A stretch of DNA of 64,000 bases from Escherichia coli (GTDB lineage Bacteria > Pseudomonadota > Gammaproteobacteria > Enterobacterales > Enterobacteriaceae), in assembly GCF_003334785.1 (NCBI RefSeq), contig NZ_QOWV01000004.1. One strand, given 5' to 3'. The notes below the pieces were generated by a model. That model had not been told where the DNA came from and ran no database searches. It saw only the letters and a list, made by a program, of their open reading frames with translations. This document shows, piece by piece, positions 21,585 to 34,752 of the stretch (positions within the stretch are counted from its first letter, which is position 1; every line of letters starts with the position of its first letter). Made by a program: the position numbers and the translations under genes.

Positions 21585-22529
21585 TTACGCCGGGTATTCA
21601 ACCACCAGGCGACGAGGCGCAACGCGGCCTTCATCGTCAATTTCGCCCATACCGATAAATTTGCCGTTCTCACCTTCCGTGACGCGAACCAGTCCTTCCA
21701 GTGGCGCACCAGATGTACGAACCGGGTTACCATTTTTGAAGTAAACAGAAGACGTTAACGGAAGATTCACCACCGGATAGTCCGAAGCTGGACTGTCCAT
21801 TGGCATCAGTAATGGATCAAGTAACTCCGCGGCTGGAATATCCTGCTGTTCAGCTTGCTCAACAAGTTCACGCAGGTGCTCCAGGGTCACCATCCGTTCA
21901 ACCGGATATTTACTTACCGCCAGACGGCGCAGGTAAATAACATGCGCGCCACAGCCGAGTTTTTCACCCAGGTCATCAATGATGGTGCGGATATAAGTGC
22001 CTTTTGAGCAGTGAATTTCCAGCTCCAGCTCATTGCCTTCATGGCGAATAAACAGCAATTCATAAACGGTAATCGGACGCGCTTCACGCGGAACTTCAAT
22101 GCCCTGACGCGCATATTCGTACAGTTTTTTGCCCTGATATTTCAGTGCTGAATACATCGAAGGGATCTGTTCGATATCGCCACGGAAAGTATCCAGTGCC
22201 GCTGCCAGCTGCTCTGCGCTAAAGGTTACCGGACGTTCTTCAACGATCTGTCCGTCGGCATCAGAAGTATCGGTACGCTGTCCAAGACGCGCAATGACCC
22301 GATAGCGTTTGTCGGAGTCCAGCAGATACTGGGAAAACTTCGTCGCTTCCCCGAGGCAAATCGGCAACATGCCGGTCGCCAGCGGGTCCAGCGCACCGGT
22401 ATGCCCGGCACGGTTGGCGTTATATATACGTTTCACTTTTTGCAGCGCATCGTTGCTGGACATACCCTGAGGTTTATCCAGCAACAAAACGCCGTTAATG
22501 TCGCGACCGCGACGACGAGGACGACTCAT
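21585..22529 (-). CDS. truB: tRNA pseudouridine-55 synthase (314 aa)
   Basis: Catalytic motif [12 protein letters not shown] plus a PUA-like C-terminus. Recognised as TruB. Confidence 0.95.
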
Positions 22530-22930
22530 TAGTCCTCCTTGCTGTCGTCCGGGTTAACACGACGTTCTTCGTCATGTTTGACCACGCTGGTCACCAGGTT
22601 TGACATGCGCATCCCTTCAACCAGAGAGTTGTCGTAGAAGAAGGTCAGTTCCGGCACGATACGCAGGCGCATCGCTTTCCCCAGCAGGCTGCGGATGAAA
22701 CCAGAAGCTTCTTGCAACGCTTTGATGCCCGCTTTAACCGCGTCTTCATCTTTGTCGTTGAGGAACGTCACATATACTTTGGCATACGCCAGGTCGCGAG
22801 ACATTTCGACACCGGAAACGGTGGTCATCATGCCCAGGCGAGGATCTTTAATTTCACGCTGCAGGATGAGAGCGATCTCTTTTTGCATTTCCTGCGCTAC
22901 GCGCTGCGGGCGACCAAATTCTTTCGCCAT
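22529..22930 (-). CDS. rbfA: 30S ribosome-binding factor A (133 aa)
   Basis: ATG 22930 ([11 protein letters not shown]). The stop shares 1 nt with the truB start. The track ORF is 6 codons longer. Confidence 0.94.
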
Positions 22931-22945
22931 AATAAATTCTCCTGA

Positions 22946-22975
22946 CAAAAAAGGGGCTGTTAGCCCCTTTTTAAA
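22946..22975 (-). terminator. Hairpin with T tract between infB and rbfA (partial terminator/attenuator)
   Basis: The minus strand reads AAAAAGGGGCTAACAGCCCCTTTTTTG, just upstream of the rbfA SD. Confidence 0.55.
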
Positions 22976-23004
22976 ATTAATTTCAGGTGGAAGGGCTGTT
23001 CACG

Positions 23005-23080
23005 TTGACCTGATAAGACGCGCCAGCGTCACATCAGGCAATCCATGCCGGATGCAGCGTAAACGCCTTATCCCGCATGG
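23005..23080. repeat. REP pair (BIME)
   Basis: GTTGACCTGATAAGACGCGCCAGCGTCACATCAGGCAATC and ATGCCGGATGCAGCGTAAACGCCTTATCCCGCATGG. Confidence 0.8.
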
Positions 23081-23093
23081 AACCCTAAAAACC

Positions 23094-25766
23094 TTAAGCA
23101 ATGGTACGTTGGATCTCGATGATTTCGAATACTTCGATCACATCGCCAGTGCGGACGTCGTTGTAGTTCTTAACGCCGATACCACATTCCATACCGTTAC
23201 GGACTTCGTTAACGTCATCTTTGAAGCGGCGCAGGGACTCCAGCTCGCCTTCGTAGATAACCACGTTGTCACGCAGAACGCGGATCGGGTTGTGACGTTT
23301 AACCACACCTTCGGTAACCATACAGCCTGCGATGGCACCAAATTTCGGCGATTTGAACACGTCACGAACTTCCGCCAGACCGATAATCTGCTGTTTCAGT
23401 TCCGGAGACAGCATACCGCTCATCGCCGCTTTCACTTCGTCAATCAGGTTATAGATGACGGAGTAGTAACGCAGATCCAGGCTTTCCGCTTCAATCACTT
23501 TACGTGCAGAGGCATCAGCACGTACGTTAAAGCCAACCAGGATGGCGTTGGACGCCGCAGCCAGGGTGGCGTCGGTTTCGGTGATACCACCTACGCCAGA
23601 ACCGATGATCTTCACTTTAACTTCGTCAGTAGACAGTTTCAGCAAGGAGTCGGAGATCGCTTCGACAGAACCCTGTACGTCTGCCTTCAGGACGATATTC
23701 ACTTCGTGAACTTCGCCTTCGGTCATGTTGGCGAACATGTTCTCGAGTTTAGATTTCTGCTGACGCGCCAGTTTAACTTCGCGGAATTTACCCTGACGAT
23801 AGAGTGCAACTTCACGCGCTTTCTTCTCGTCACGTACAACGGTAACTTCATCACCCGCAGCCGGTACGCCGGACAGGCCGAGGATTTCCACCGGAATGGA
23901 CGGACCCGCTTCCAGCACTTCCTGACCCAGTTCGTTACGCATCGCACGAACACGACCGTATTCGAAGCCACACAGAACGATATCGCCCTTGTGCAGAGTA
24001 CCTTCACGTACCAGAACGGTAGCAACCGGACCACGACCTTTATCGAGGAAGGATTCGATAACCGCACCGCTCGCCATACCTTTACGTACCGCTTTCAGCT
24101 CCAGAACTTCCGCCTGCAGCAGGATAGCGTCCAGCAGTTCATCGATACCGGTACCCGCTTTCGCAGATACGTGTACGAACTGGCTTTCACCGCCCCACTC
24201 TTCCGGCAGGATGCCGTACTGGGAGAGTTCGTTCTTAACGCGATCCGGATCAGCTTCTGGTTTATCGATCTTGTTCACTGCAACCACCACCGGTACCTGC
24301 GCCGCTTTCGCGTGCTGGATTGCTTCGATGGTCTGCGGCATCACACCGTCGTCGGCAGCAACAACCAGGACTACGATGTCCGTTGCCTGCGCACCACGAG
24401 CACGCATTGAAGTAAACGCGGCGTGCCCCGGGGTGTCCAGGAAGGTGATCATGCCGTTTTCAGTTTCAACGTGGTATGCACCAATGTGCTGGGTAATGCC
24501 GCCCGCTTCGCCAGAGGCCACTTTCGTTGAACGAATGTAGTCCAGCAGAGAGGTTTTACCGTGGTCAACGTGACCCATGATGGTCACAACCGGCGCGCGC
24601 GGTTCAGCCGCAGCACCCGTGTCACGGTCGCTCATTACCGCCTCTTCCAGCTCGTTTTCACGACGCAGGATAACTTTATGGCCCATCTCTTCAGCAACCA
24701 GCTGTGCGGTTTCCTGATCGATAACCTGGTTGATGGTTGCCATTGCGCCCAGTTTCATCATCGCTTTGATGACCTGAGAGCCTTTAACCGCCATCTTGTT
24801 CGCCAGTTCGCCAACGGTGATAGTTTCGCCGATCACAACGTCACGGTTAACGGCCTGAGCAGGCTTCTGGAAGCCTTGCTGCAGCGAAGAACCTTTACGT
24901 TTTCCGCCTTTACCGCCACGTACTGCTGCGCGTGCTTCTTCACGATCAGCTTTTGATTCAGCGTGTTTGTTGCCTTTCTTCGGACGCGCTGCTTTCGCGT
25001 TACGACCACGGCCACGGCCGCCTTCGACTTCACGATCGCTTTCGTCTTCTGCCTGGCGAGCATGTTGAGAAGTAGTGACGTGATAATCGCTGGAATCTTC
25101 AGTCGGTTCCGCGTTATCAGTCCATTTGTTTTCTTCCGCCATACGACGTGCTTCTTCAGCAACGCGACGTGCTTCTTCTTCGAGTTTACGACGCGCTTCT
25201 TCTTCAGCTTTACGCTTGAGCTCTGCAGCTTCCTGCTCACGGCGGGCTTTTTCAGCCTGGGCGTTTTTAGTCATATCGTCTTGTTGATTGCTCACTTTGT
25301 CTTTTTCCGCAGCTTCACGTTTCGCTTGTTCAGCAGCTTCACGCTTAGCTTGTTCTGCGGCCTCACGTTCAGCTTTTTGTTGCGCCTCGCGTTTAGCCGA
25401 TTCTTCTGCCTCACGACGGGCTTGCTCTTCCGCTTCACGCTGCGCTTGCTCTTCCGCTGCAAGGCGTTCAGCCTCTTGCGGATCGCGTTTCACAAAGGTG
25501 CGTTTCTTGCGGACTTCGATTTGTACCGATTTGCTTTTTCCACCGGTACCAGGAATGTTAAGGGTGCTGCGTGTTTTACGTTGCAGCGTCAATTTGTCCG
25601 GGCCTGAATTTTTCTGATTCAGGTGGTCAATCAAAGTCTGTTTCTCTTGTGCAGACACAGAGTCGTCAGCAGACTTCCGGATACCTGCATCAGCAAATTG
25701 CTGTACCAGGCGTTCCACGGAGGTCTGTCGCTCTGCGGCCAGCGTTTTAATCGTTACATCTGTCAT
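23094..25766 (-). CDS. infB: Translation initiation factor IF-2 (890 aa, alpha form)
   Basis: G domain [21 protein letters not shown]. Highly charged repetitive N-terminal region. Recognised as IF2. Confidence 0.97.
25272..25295 (-). other. infB: Internal in-frame starts for IF2-beta forms (GTG codon 158, ATG codon 165)
   Basis: By my count Val158 is GTG at 25295-25293 and Met165 is ATG at 25274-25272. This matches the published tandem-translation starts of IF2. Confidence 0.6.
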
Positions 25767-25790
25767 GCTGTTCCTTCCTGCTACAGTTTA

Positions 25791-27278
<1,488 letters not shown>

Positions 27279-27305
27279 CGCGGGCTTTTCACCTCATCCA
27301 GACTA

Positions 27306-27758
27306 TTAAAAGTGGGGAACCAGGTTCGCCTTCTGGATATTACTCAGCGCGAACACTTCATCTTTACCTTCGACGGTAACTGTGATCATTTCACCGTCTA
27401 CCGCTTTGATAACGCCCTGCCATTTACGACGGTTTTGTACCGCCATACGGAGAACCAGAGTCACCTCTTCTCCGACAAAACGGGCGTAGTGTTCAGCCGT
27501 GAACAGTGGGCGATCGAGACCCGGTGAGGAGACTTCCAGGTTATAAGCAACGGTGATGGGATCTTCAACATCCAGCACAGCACTTACCTGGTGGCTCACA
27601 TCAGCACAATCATCAACATTGATGCCATCTTCACTATCAATATAGATGCGCAGTGTGGATGTGCGACCGCGAATAAATTCGATGCCAACCAGTTCAAAAC
27701 CCAGGGCCTCAACTGGCGCAGTAATCATCTCTGTTAATTTTTGCTCTAATGTGGACAA
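27306..27758 (-). CDS. rimP: Ribosome maturation factor RimP (150 aa, TTG start)
   Basis: TTG 27758-27756 is preceded by GGGGGTGGG and gives (M)[15 protein letters not shown]. Recognised as YhbC/RimP. The start choice is from recall. Confidence 0.88.
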
Positions 27759-27816
27759 GCCCACCCCCAAGACATAAAAAAAGGGCCTAAAGCCCAGTTA
27801 TTCTGTAGTCAGATAA

Positions 27817-27841
27817 CAAAAAACCCCGATAAATCGGGGCT
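27817..27841 (-). terminator. Intrinsic terminator/attenuator downstream of metY
   Basis: The minus strand reads GCCCCGATTTATCGGGGTTTTTTG. A second, weaker hairpin with T7 lies at 27775-27795. Confidence 0.7.
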
Positions 27842-27964
27842 TTATATAACTGAACCCTATAACCGCAACTGCGGTCTGGAGCACTTTCCAGAAGGATTTT
27901 TTCAAATCCCACTACGAAGGCCGAAGTCTTCACAGTATATTTGAAAAAGGACTCTAAGGGAAAG

Positions 27965-28041
<77 letters not shown>

Positions 28042-28056
28042 CCTGAAACGTGGCAA

Positions 28057-28085
28057 ATTCTACTCGTTTTGGGTAAAAAATGCAA
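28057..28085 (-). promoter_or_regulatory. metY-proximal promoter
   Basis: Minus strand: TTGCAT (28085-28080), 17 nt, TAGAAT (28062-28057), 15 nt upstream of the mature tRNA 5' end. Confidence 0.55.
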
Positions 28086-28133
28086 ATACTGCTGGGATTT
28101 GGTGTACCGAGACGGGACGTAAAATCTGCAGGC

Positions 28134-28163
28134 ATTATAGTGATCCACGCCACATTTTGTCAA
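28134..28163 (-). promoter_or_regulatory. Upstream metY operon promoter
   Basis: Minus strand: consensus TTGACA (28163-28158), 18 nt, consensus TATAAT (28139-28134). Confidence 0.5.
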
Positions 28164-28298
28164 CGTTTATTGCTAATCATGTGAATGAATATCCAGTTCA
28201 CTTTCATTTGTTGAATACTTTTGCCTTCTCCTGCTCTCCCTTAAGCGCATTATTTTACAAAAAACACACTAAACTCTTCCTGTCTCCGATAAAAGATG

Positions 28299-28340
28299 AT
28301 TAAATGAAAACTCATTTATTTTGCATAAAAATTCAGTGAG
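28299..28340 (+). promoter_or_regulatory. ArgR operator (ARG boxes) in the argG promoter
   Basis: AATGAAAACTCATTTATT and TTTGCATAAAAATTCAGT resemble the ARG box wNTGAATwwwwATTCANw. They lie about 50-90 nt upstream of the argG ATG. Exact box phasing is uncertain. Confidence 0.5.
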
Positions 28341-28373
28341 AGCGGAAATCCAGGCTCATCATCAGTTAATTAA

Positions 28374-29732
<1,359 letters not shown>

Positions 29733-29739
29733 TTCGACA

Positions 29740-31365
29740 TCAACCCTGCCCTTCAGGGGTGGGGTTACCTTGCTTATCCTCTGTAAACTCCTTTCTGAGC
29801 ATCACATAATCGAAAACATCATGGTTTGCATCCACAACCCGTGAGTCTCCTTTATAGTGTGCAATCACTTCCTCAAGCGTTTGCGGCTGTTCCGGCTTTG
29901 TTACCCCCATCCACGCATTAATAAGGTAATTATTGTAAGCTGTCGAAAAGATGTTGTTTTCCGTTGTGCGATCCACGCCATCCCCAAGAACGGGGCTATA
30001 CCAGATAAACATCGGGACATGATATGCCTGCTGGCTAGCCTCCCTGCCTCCATGAAAATAGACGTTCTTCTTCGTAGGGTCACGTTCCAGGCCGTGGTCG
30101 GCAAAATACATGACCGAGGCGCGGCGATCTTTTAATAATTCAAAAACCTGACCTAGCAAACTATCTGTGTAATGAATGGAGTTGTCATAGCAGGCATCCT
30201 GATCGTCCTGCGGTTGAAACACGGCGCTGGATTGCGGATAGGCGCTACAAGCCGGTTCATGGCTTCCATTTAAATGAAGAACAATCAGTTTCTTTTGCTG
30301 CGTATTTTGCTGTAATGCTTGCGATAAATGCGGCAACAACAATTCATCAAATCCTCTGACATAAACTGTTTCCATGGCGCGCATGGCGATACTGGTAACT
30401 GCTGTACCATTCTGCCGAAAAGCGGATTGCGAGCTTAGCCAGAAAGTCTGAAATCCTGCTTGATTAGCCATATTAATAATGTTGTCGGGGTAATTATGAA
30501 TGTCATGACTCAAAACAGAATCAGCAGTTAAAGAAAGGGGAACCGACAGCGCAGTGTAAGGTGCGCCGCTTATTGCTTGATTAAACAGTTTGATCTGTTT
30601 TCTTTGTGCTTCAACTTGCGGTGTCGTAGAGCGTGTATATCCATACAAAGACATATTGTCGACACGTACAGACTCCCCCACAATCAACACGTAGGTATCA
30701 ATACCTGTATCCCTGACTGATAATTGAAAATACGGCACCGTGTTTGCAATTGAGAGTAATCTTTGATGCTCTTTCGCTGCTAAAGCAAAATAGTTGAGAT
30801 TGAAAAACGGCGTATAGGTAGCAAATCGCGACGCTAGTATATATGGACTGAACGCTTTTTTATTTTTTGCATCTTTATAAGCAAATTGACAAGCGGAAAA
30901 TAAACTGCCCGAAATGACAATCAGCAATAATATTCCTGTCACTTTTTTTGTCGGCAAGGAAACATCATATTTTATTATTACTGCCAAAAAAAGAAGGGAT
31001 AAAAAAGCAAAGGCACATAGATAAGGGATATACATCCCCAGCATTTTGACAACTTCATCCGGATCACTCTGGAGCACACTAATCGCAAATCCATCATTGA
31101 AAGTTGTACCAAAGGTACACCATGAATAGAGGCTAATACTCATGTCTGCCGCAGTCAGTAACACAAATGGTGCGGCAACAAGCAGGCGAAGCGGAAGGGA
31201 TGATATACGTTTTACAACCAGGATGGTCAGAACGAAGAACAGCAAGCGCTGAACCATATGCGCTCCGGAAGAAGCGACTAAGTTCGTAATACCAAAAACA
31301 ATAACACAAAGATACAACAACCAATGAGATTTAAAAGTTCTAGCAAATTTGTTGAATACTGTCAT
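29740..31365 (-). CDS. yhbX: Phosphoethanolamine-transferase-family inner-membrane protein (541 aa)
   Basis: ATG 31365 (MTVFNKFART). N-terminal TM bundle plus a sulfatase-like periplasmic domain, as in the EptA/EptB/EptC paralogue family. The coding sequence is AT-rich. Confidence 0.88.
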   Translation of the reverse strand: MTVFNKFARTFKSHWLLYLCVIVFGITNLVASSGAHMVQRLLFFVLTILVVKRISSLPLRLLVAAPFVLLTAADMSISLYSWCTFGTTFNDGFAISVLQSDPDEVVKMLGMYIPYLCAFAFLSLLFLAVIIKYDVSLPTKKVTGILLLIVISGSLFSACQFAYKDAKNKKAFSPYILASRFATYTPFFNLNYFALAAKEHQRLLSIANTVPYFQLSVRDTGIDTYVLIVGESVRVDNMSLYGYTRSTTPQVEAQRKQIKLFNQAISGAPYTALSVPLSLTADSVLSHDIHNYPDNIINMANQAGFQTFWLSSQSAFRQNGTAVTSIAMRAMETVYVRGFDELLLPHLSQALQQNTQQKKLIVLHLNGSHEPACSAYPQSSAVFQPQDDQDACYDNSIHYTDSLLGQVFELLKDRRASVMYFADHGLERDPTKKNVYFHGGREASQQAYHVPMFIWYSPVLGDGVDRTTENNIFSTAYNNYLINAWMGVTKPEQPQTLEEVIAHYKGDSRVVDANHDVFDYVMLRKEFTEDKQGNPTPEGQG

Positions 31366-31786
31366 CCAGAAATCCAAGTTCACAACCAATATAAACAATT
31401 ATCAACAATGTTTAATTTTATATCAGACATGTTTTTCAACTCTGATCCATATCAGAACGAAACACTGTTAGTTTTTTCTTTTTAAATGATGCGGCCATTG
31501 CGTTCTCAGTAATTAAATAACATTATCAATGCGTCTCTAAACATTACGCAGAACGTAGCCATCAGTCGTTATACTGACAGGAGCAGGATGGTTTATCGAG
31601 AAGTAAACATATCCGTATTCGTACCGGAACTGGAGTTGACACAATAAAGTGCCAATTATGTCAGTAGAAGGGAAAAATTTATAACTAAGGCGTACCGGCA
31701 CCATCGTTTCAAGGTACCAGCTACGAGTAAAGCAACTGGACGAGATACAGATACCTGACAACCATTCCTCAGACCAGGACCAAAAC

Positions 31787-31810
31787 GAAAAAAGACGCTT
31801 TTCAGCGTCT
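31787..31810 (-). terminator. secG-leuU operon terminator
   Basis: Minus strand: AGACGCTGAAAAGCGTCT followed by TTTTTT. Confidence 0.8.
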
Positions 31811-31823
31811 CTTTTCTGGAATT

Positions 31824-31910
31824 TGGTACCGAGGACGGGACTTGAACCCGTAAGCCCTATTGGGCACTACCACCTCAAGGTAGCGTGTCTACCAATTCCA
31901 CCACCTCGGC
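31824..31910 (-). tRNA. leuU: tRNA-Leu (GAG), 87 nt
   Basis: The reverse complement is GCCGAGGTGGTGGAATTGGTAGACACGCTACCTTGAGGTGGTAGTGCCCAATAGGGCTTACGGGTTCAAGTCCCGTCCTCGGTACCA. Anticodon loop TTGAGGT and a long variable arm. Confidence 0.95.
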
Positions 31911-31924
31911 ACGGATACTACTTT

Positions 31925-32257
31925 TTAGTTCGGGATATCGCTGGTCGGCTTAGCCGGAGCAGCTGGCTGAGTTTGTTCGGTTTTCGCCGGTGCACTCAGA
32001 TTTTCCCATTCGCTACCTTTATTGGTTTTGTTGCTATTGATGTTACCCAGCACCAGACTGATGATGAAGAATAACGTTGCCAGCAGCGCCGTCATGCGGG
32101 TCATGAAGTTACCAGAACCACTTGAACCAAACAGCGTAGCGGAAGCGCCTGCTCCGAAGGAGGCTCCCATATCAGCGCCTTTACCTTGCTGCAGCATGAT
32201 CAGACCAACAAGGCCAATTGCCACAATAAGGAAAACTACTAAAAGAGCTTCATACAT
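31925..32257 (-). CDS. secG: Protein translocase subunit SecG (110 aa)
   Basis: ATG 32257 (MYEALLVVFLIVAIGLVGLIMLQQGKG). The track ORF is 16 codons too long. Confidence 0.94.
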   Translation of the reverse strand: MYEALLVVFLIVAIGLVGLIMLQQGKGADMGASFGAGASATLFGSSGSGNFMTRMTALLATLFFIISLVLGNINSNKTNKGSEWENLSAPAKTEQTQPAAPAKPTSDIPN

Positions 32258-32437
32258 AATCAACCTGTTCCTTGCGGAGTTGCCGCGTACCAATGCTTCA
32301 ACCAATAAAGCGGGAGTTTTTAATCTTTCCCACTGAAGCGGGTGTGAATACTAACCAAAGCGAATGACCTTCGCAAGGGCAATTTTATCGCATTGTATCA
32401 ACTGCGGAAAAAAACAGCAAAACCGATGTGTTCGCTG

Positions 32438-32467
32438 AGAAAAAAGGCGACAATCGCCGCCTTTTTA
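32438..32467 (-). terminator. glmM terminator (bidirectional hairpin)
   Basis: AAAAAGGCG (32441-32449) pairs with CGCCTTTTT (32458-32466). Confidence 0.7.
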
Positions 32468-32484
32468 GCCAGTTATCTAACGCT

Positions 32485-33822
32485 TTAAACGGCTTTTACT
32501 GCATCGGCGATGCGGTGTGCAAATTCAGTCACCTGCGCTTCGTCTTCGCCTTCCACCATCACGCGAATTAACGGTTCGGTGCCGGATTTACGCAGCAACA
32601 CGCGTCCACGGTTGCCCAGCGCAGCTTCAACCTCTGCGGTCACGGCTTTAACTGACTCATGCTCAAGTGGATCGCCGCTACCTGCGGTGTAACGTACGTT
32701 AACCAGAATCTGCGGGAACATTTTCATGCCGCTGCAAAGGTCGTGCAGGCTCATATGGTTACGTGCCATCGCCGCCAGCACCTGCAAGCCAGCAACGATG
32801 CCGTCACCGGTAGTAGTTTTATCCAGCAGGATCACATGACCGGAATTCTCTGCACCGATACGCCAGCCTTTCTCCTGCATTTTTTCCAGTACGTAGCGGT
32901 CACCCACTTTCGCGCGCGCAAATGGAATTCCTAACTGTTTCAGCGCCAGTTCAAGCCCCATGTTGCTCATCAATGTACCCACAGCGCCACCACGCAGCTG
33001 GCCCTGACGAAGACCTTCACGCGCGATGATATACATGATCTGATCGCCATCGACTTTATTGCCTTCATGGTCAACCATAATCACGCGATCGCCATCGCCG
33101 TCGAAGGCAATACCGAGATCCGCTTTTTCAGCCAGCACACGAGCCTGGAGCGCGCGAACGTCGGTAGCCCCCACTTCGGCATTGATGTTTACACCGTTTG
33201 GCTCACAACCGATAGCGATAACGTTCGCCCCCAGTTCGCGCAGCACGTTCGGCGCGATGTGATAAGTCGCACCGTTTGCACAATCCACCACAATCTTCAG
33301 TTCACTGAGGCTAAGTTCGTTCGGGAACGTGGCTTTGCAAAACTCGATATAGCGACCCGCGGCATCAACGATACGGCTGGCTTTACCCAGTTCTGCCGAA
33401 TCAACGCAGCTGATCTCCTTTTCCATTTCCGCTTCGATGGCCTCTTCTACCGCATCCGGCAGTTTGGTGCCGTCGATAGAGAAGAATTTAATGCCATTAT
33501 CGTAGAACGGGTTATGCGATGCAGATATCACAATTCCGGCCTCTGCGCGGAAGGTACGCGTCAGATAAGCCACGGCCGGTGTTGGCATCGGGCCAGTGAA
33601 GAGTGCGGAAAGGCCCGCTGCCGCCAGACCCGCTTCCAGTGCTGACTCCAGCATATAGCCAGAAATACGCGTGTCTTTACCAATAATAATCTTACGGGAG
33701 CCGTGGCGCGCCAGCACTTTACCCGCGGCCCAACCCAGCTTAAGCACAAAATCAGGTGTGATCGGCGCATCCCCTACACGACCACGAATCCCATCGGTAC
33801 CGAAATATTTACGATTACTCAT
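32485..33822 (-). CDS. glmM: Phosphoglucosamine mutase (445 aa)
   Basis: Active-site ISASHNP. Recognised as GlmM. Confidence 0.97.
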
Positions 33823-34663
33823 AGCGTTTGTTTTCCTTTGCAGACAGAGTGGCTTCCACCACCCGCATCGCTTCTACGGTTTCTTTGACGTCATGAACAC
33901 GAATGATGTGCGCGCCTTGCATTGCGGCAATGACCGCACAGGCCAGACTACCGCTCAGGCGCTCGGACGGCCCCACGTTCAGCAGCTGCCCAATCATCGA
34001 TTTTCGTGACATACCCACCAACAGCGGCAGGTTGAAATGGTGAAATTCAGCCAGGCGCGCCAGTAATGAATAGTTATGGGAGAGATTTTTACCGAAACCG
34101 AATCCGGGGTCGAGCAACAATTTCTCTTTTGCGATACCCGCCTGCTCGCAACGTGCTATTTGCTCAATAAAGTAGCGATTCACTTCTGCAAAGACATCGT
34201 CATACTTCGGAGCTTCCTGCATGGTTTTTGGATTTCCCTGCATATGCATCAGACAAACCGGTAAACCGGTTTCTGCAGCCGCCTCCAGAGCGCCAGGTTC
34301 GGAAAGGGAGCGGATATCATTAATAATGTGAGCGCCAACTTTCGCTGACTCACGGATGACTTCTGGTTTGGATGTATCGACTGAGATCCAGACTTCGAAG
34401 CGTTGAGCAATTGCCTCAACCACAGGAATAACACGTTGCAACTCTTCTTCAACGCTAACTTCCGCCGCCCCTGGGCGCGTGGACTCGCCACCAACGTCAA
34501 TGATCGTCGCGCCAGCGTTGATCATCAGATTCGCATGTTTCACCGCATCTATCAGCGAGTTATGCGTGCCACCATCCGAAAAGGAATCAGGCGTGACGTT
34601 GAGGATCCCCATTACGTGAGGATGGCTAAGGTCCAGTGAAGTACCCTGGGCAAAGAGTTTCAT
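33815..34663 (-). CDS. folP: Dihydropteroate synthase (282 aa)
   Basis: ATG 34663 ([32 protein letters not shown]). The 3' end overlaps the glmM start by 8 nt. Confidence 0.95.
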
Positions 34664-34752
34664 GATGTTATCCCTGGTATGAATTGATAAGAAAAAACCC
34701 CGGAGCACGCCCCGGGGTTTTCGGTACAAATACAGTCATCTGATGCGGGAAC

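Noticed and set aside
22695-24410. 571-aa plus-strand ORF antisense to rbfA/infB
   Set aside because: It crosses an intergenic REP region and two real genes in antisense. The composition is unnatural and there is no start context, so I treat it as a shadow ORF.
31537-31761. 74-codon TTG-initiated minus-strand ORF in the leuU-yhbX spacer
   Set aside because: A GAGGA lies 4 nt upstream. However, the start is TTG, the sequence is Cys/Ser/Tyr-rich without recognisable features, and the region is AT-rich, where random ORFs are short-lived. I mention it only under the yhbX islet finding.
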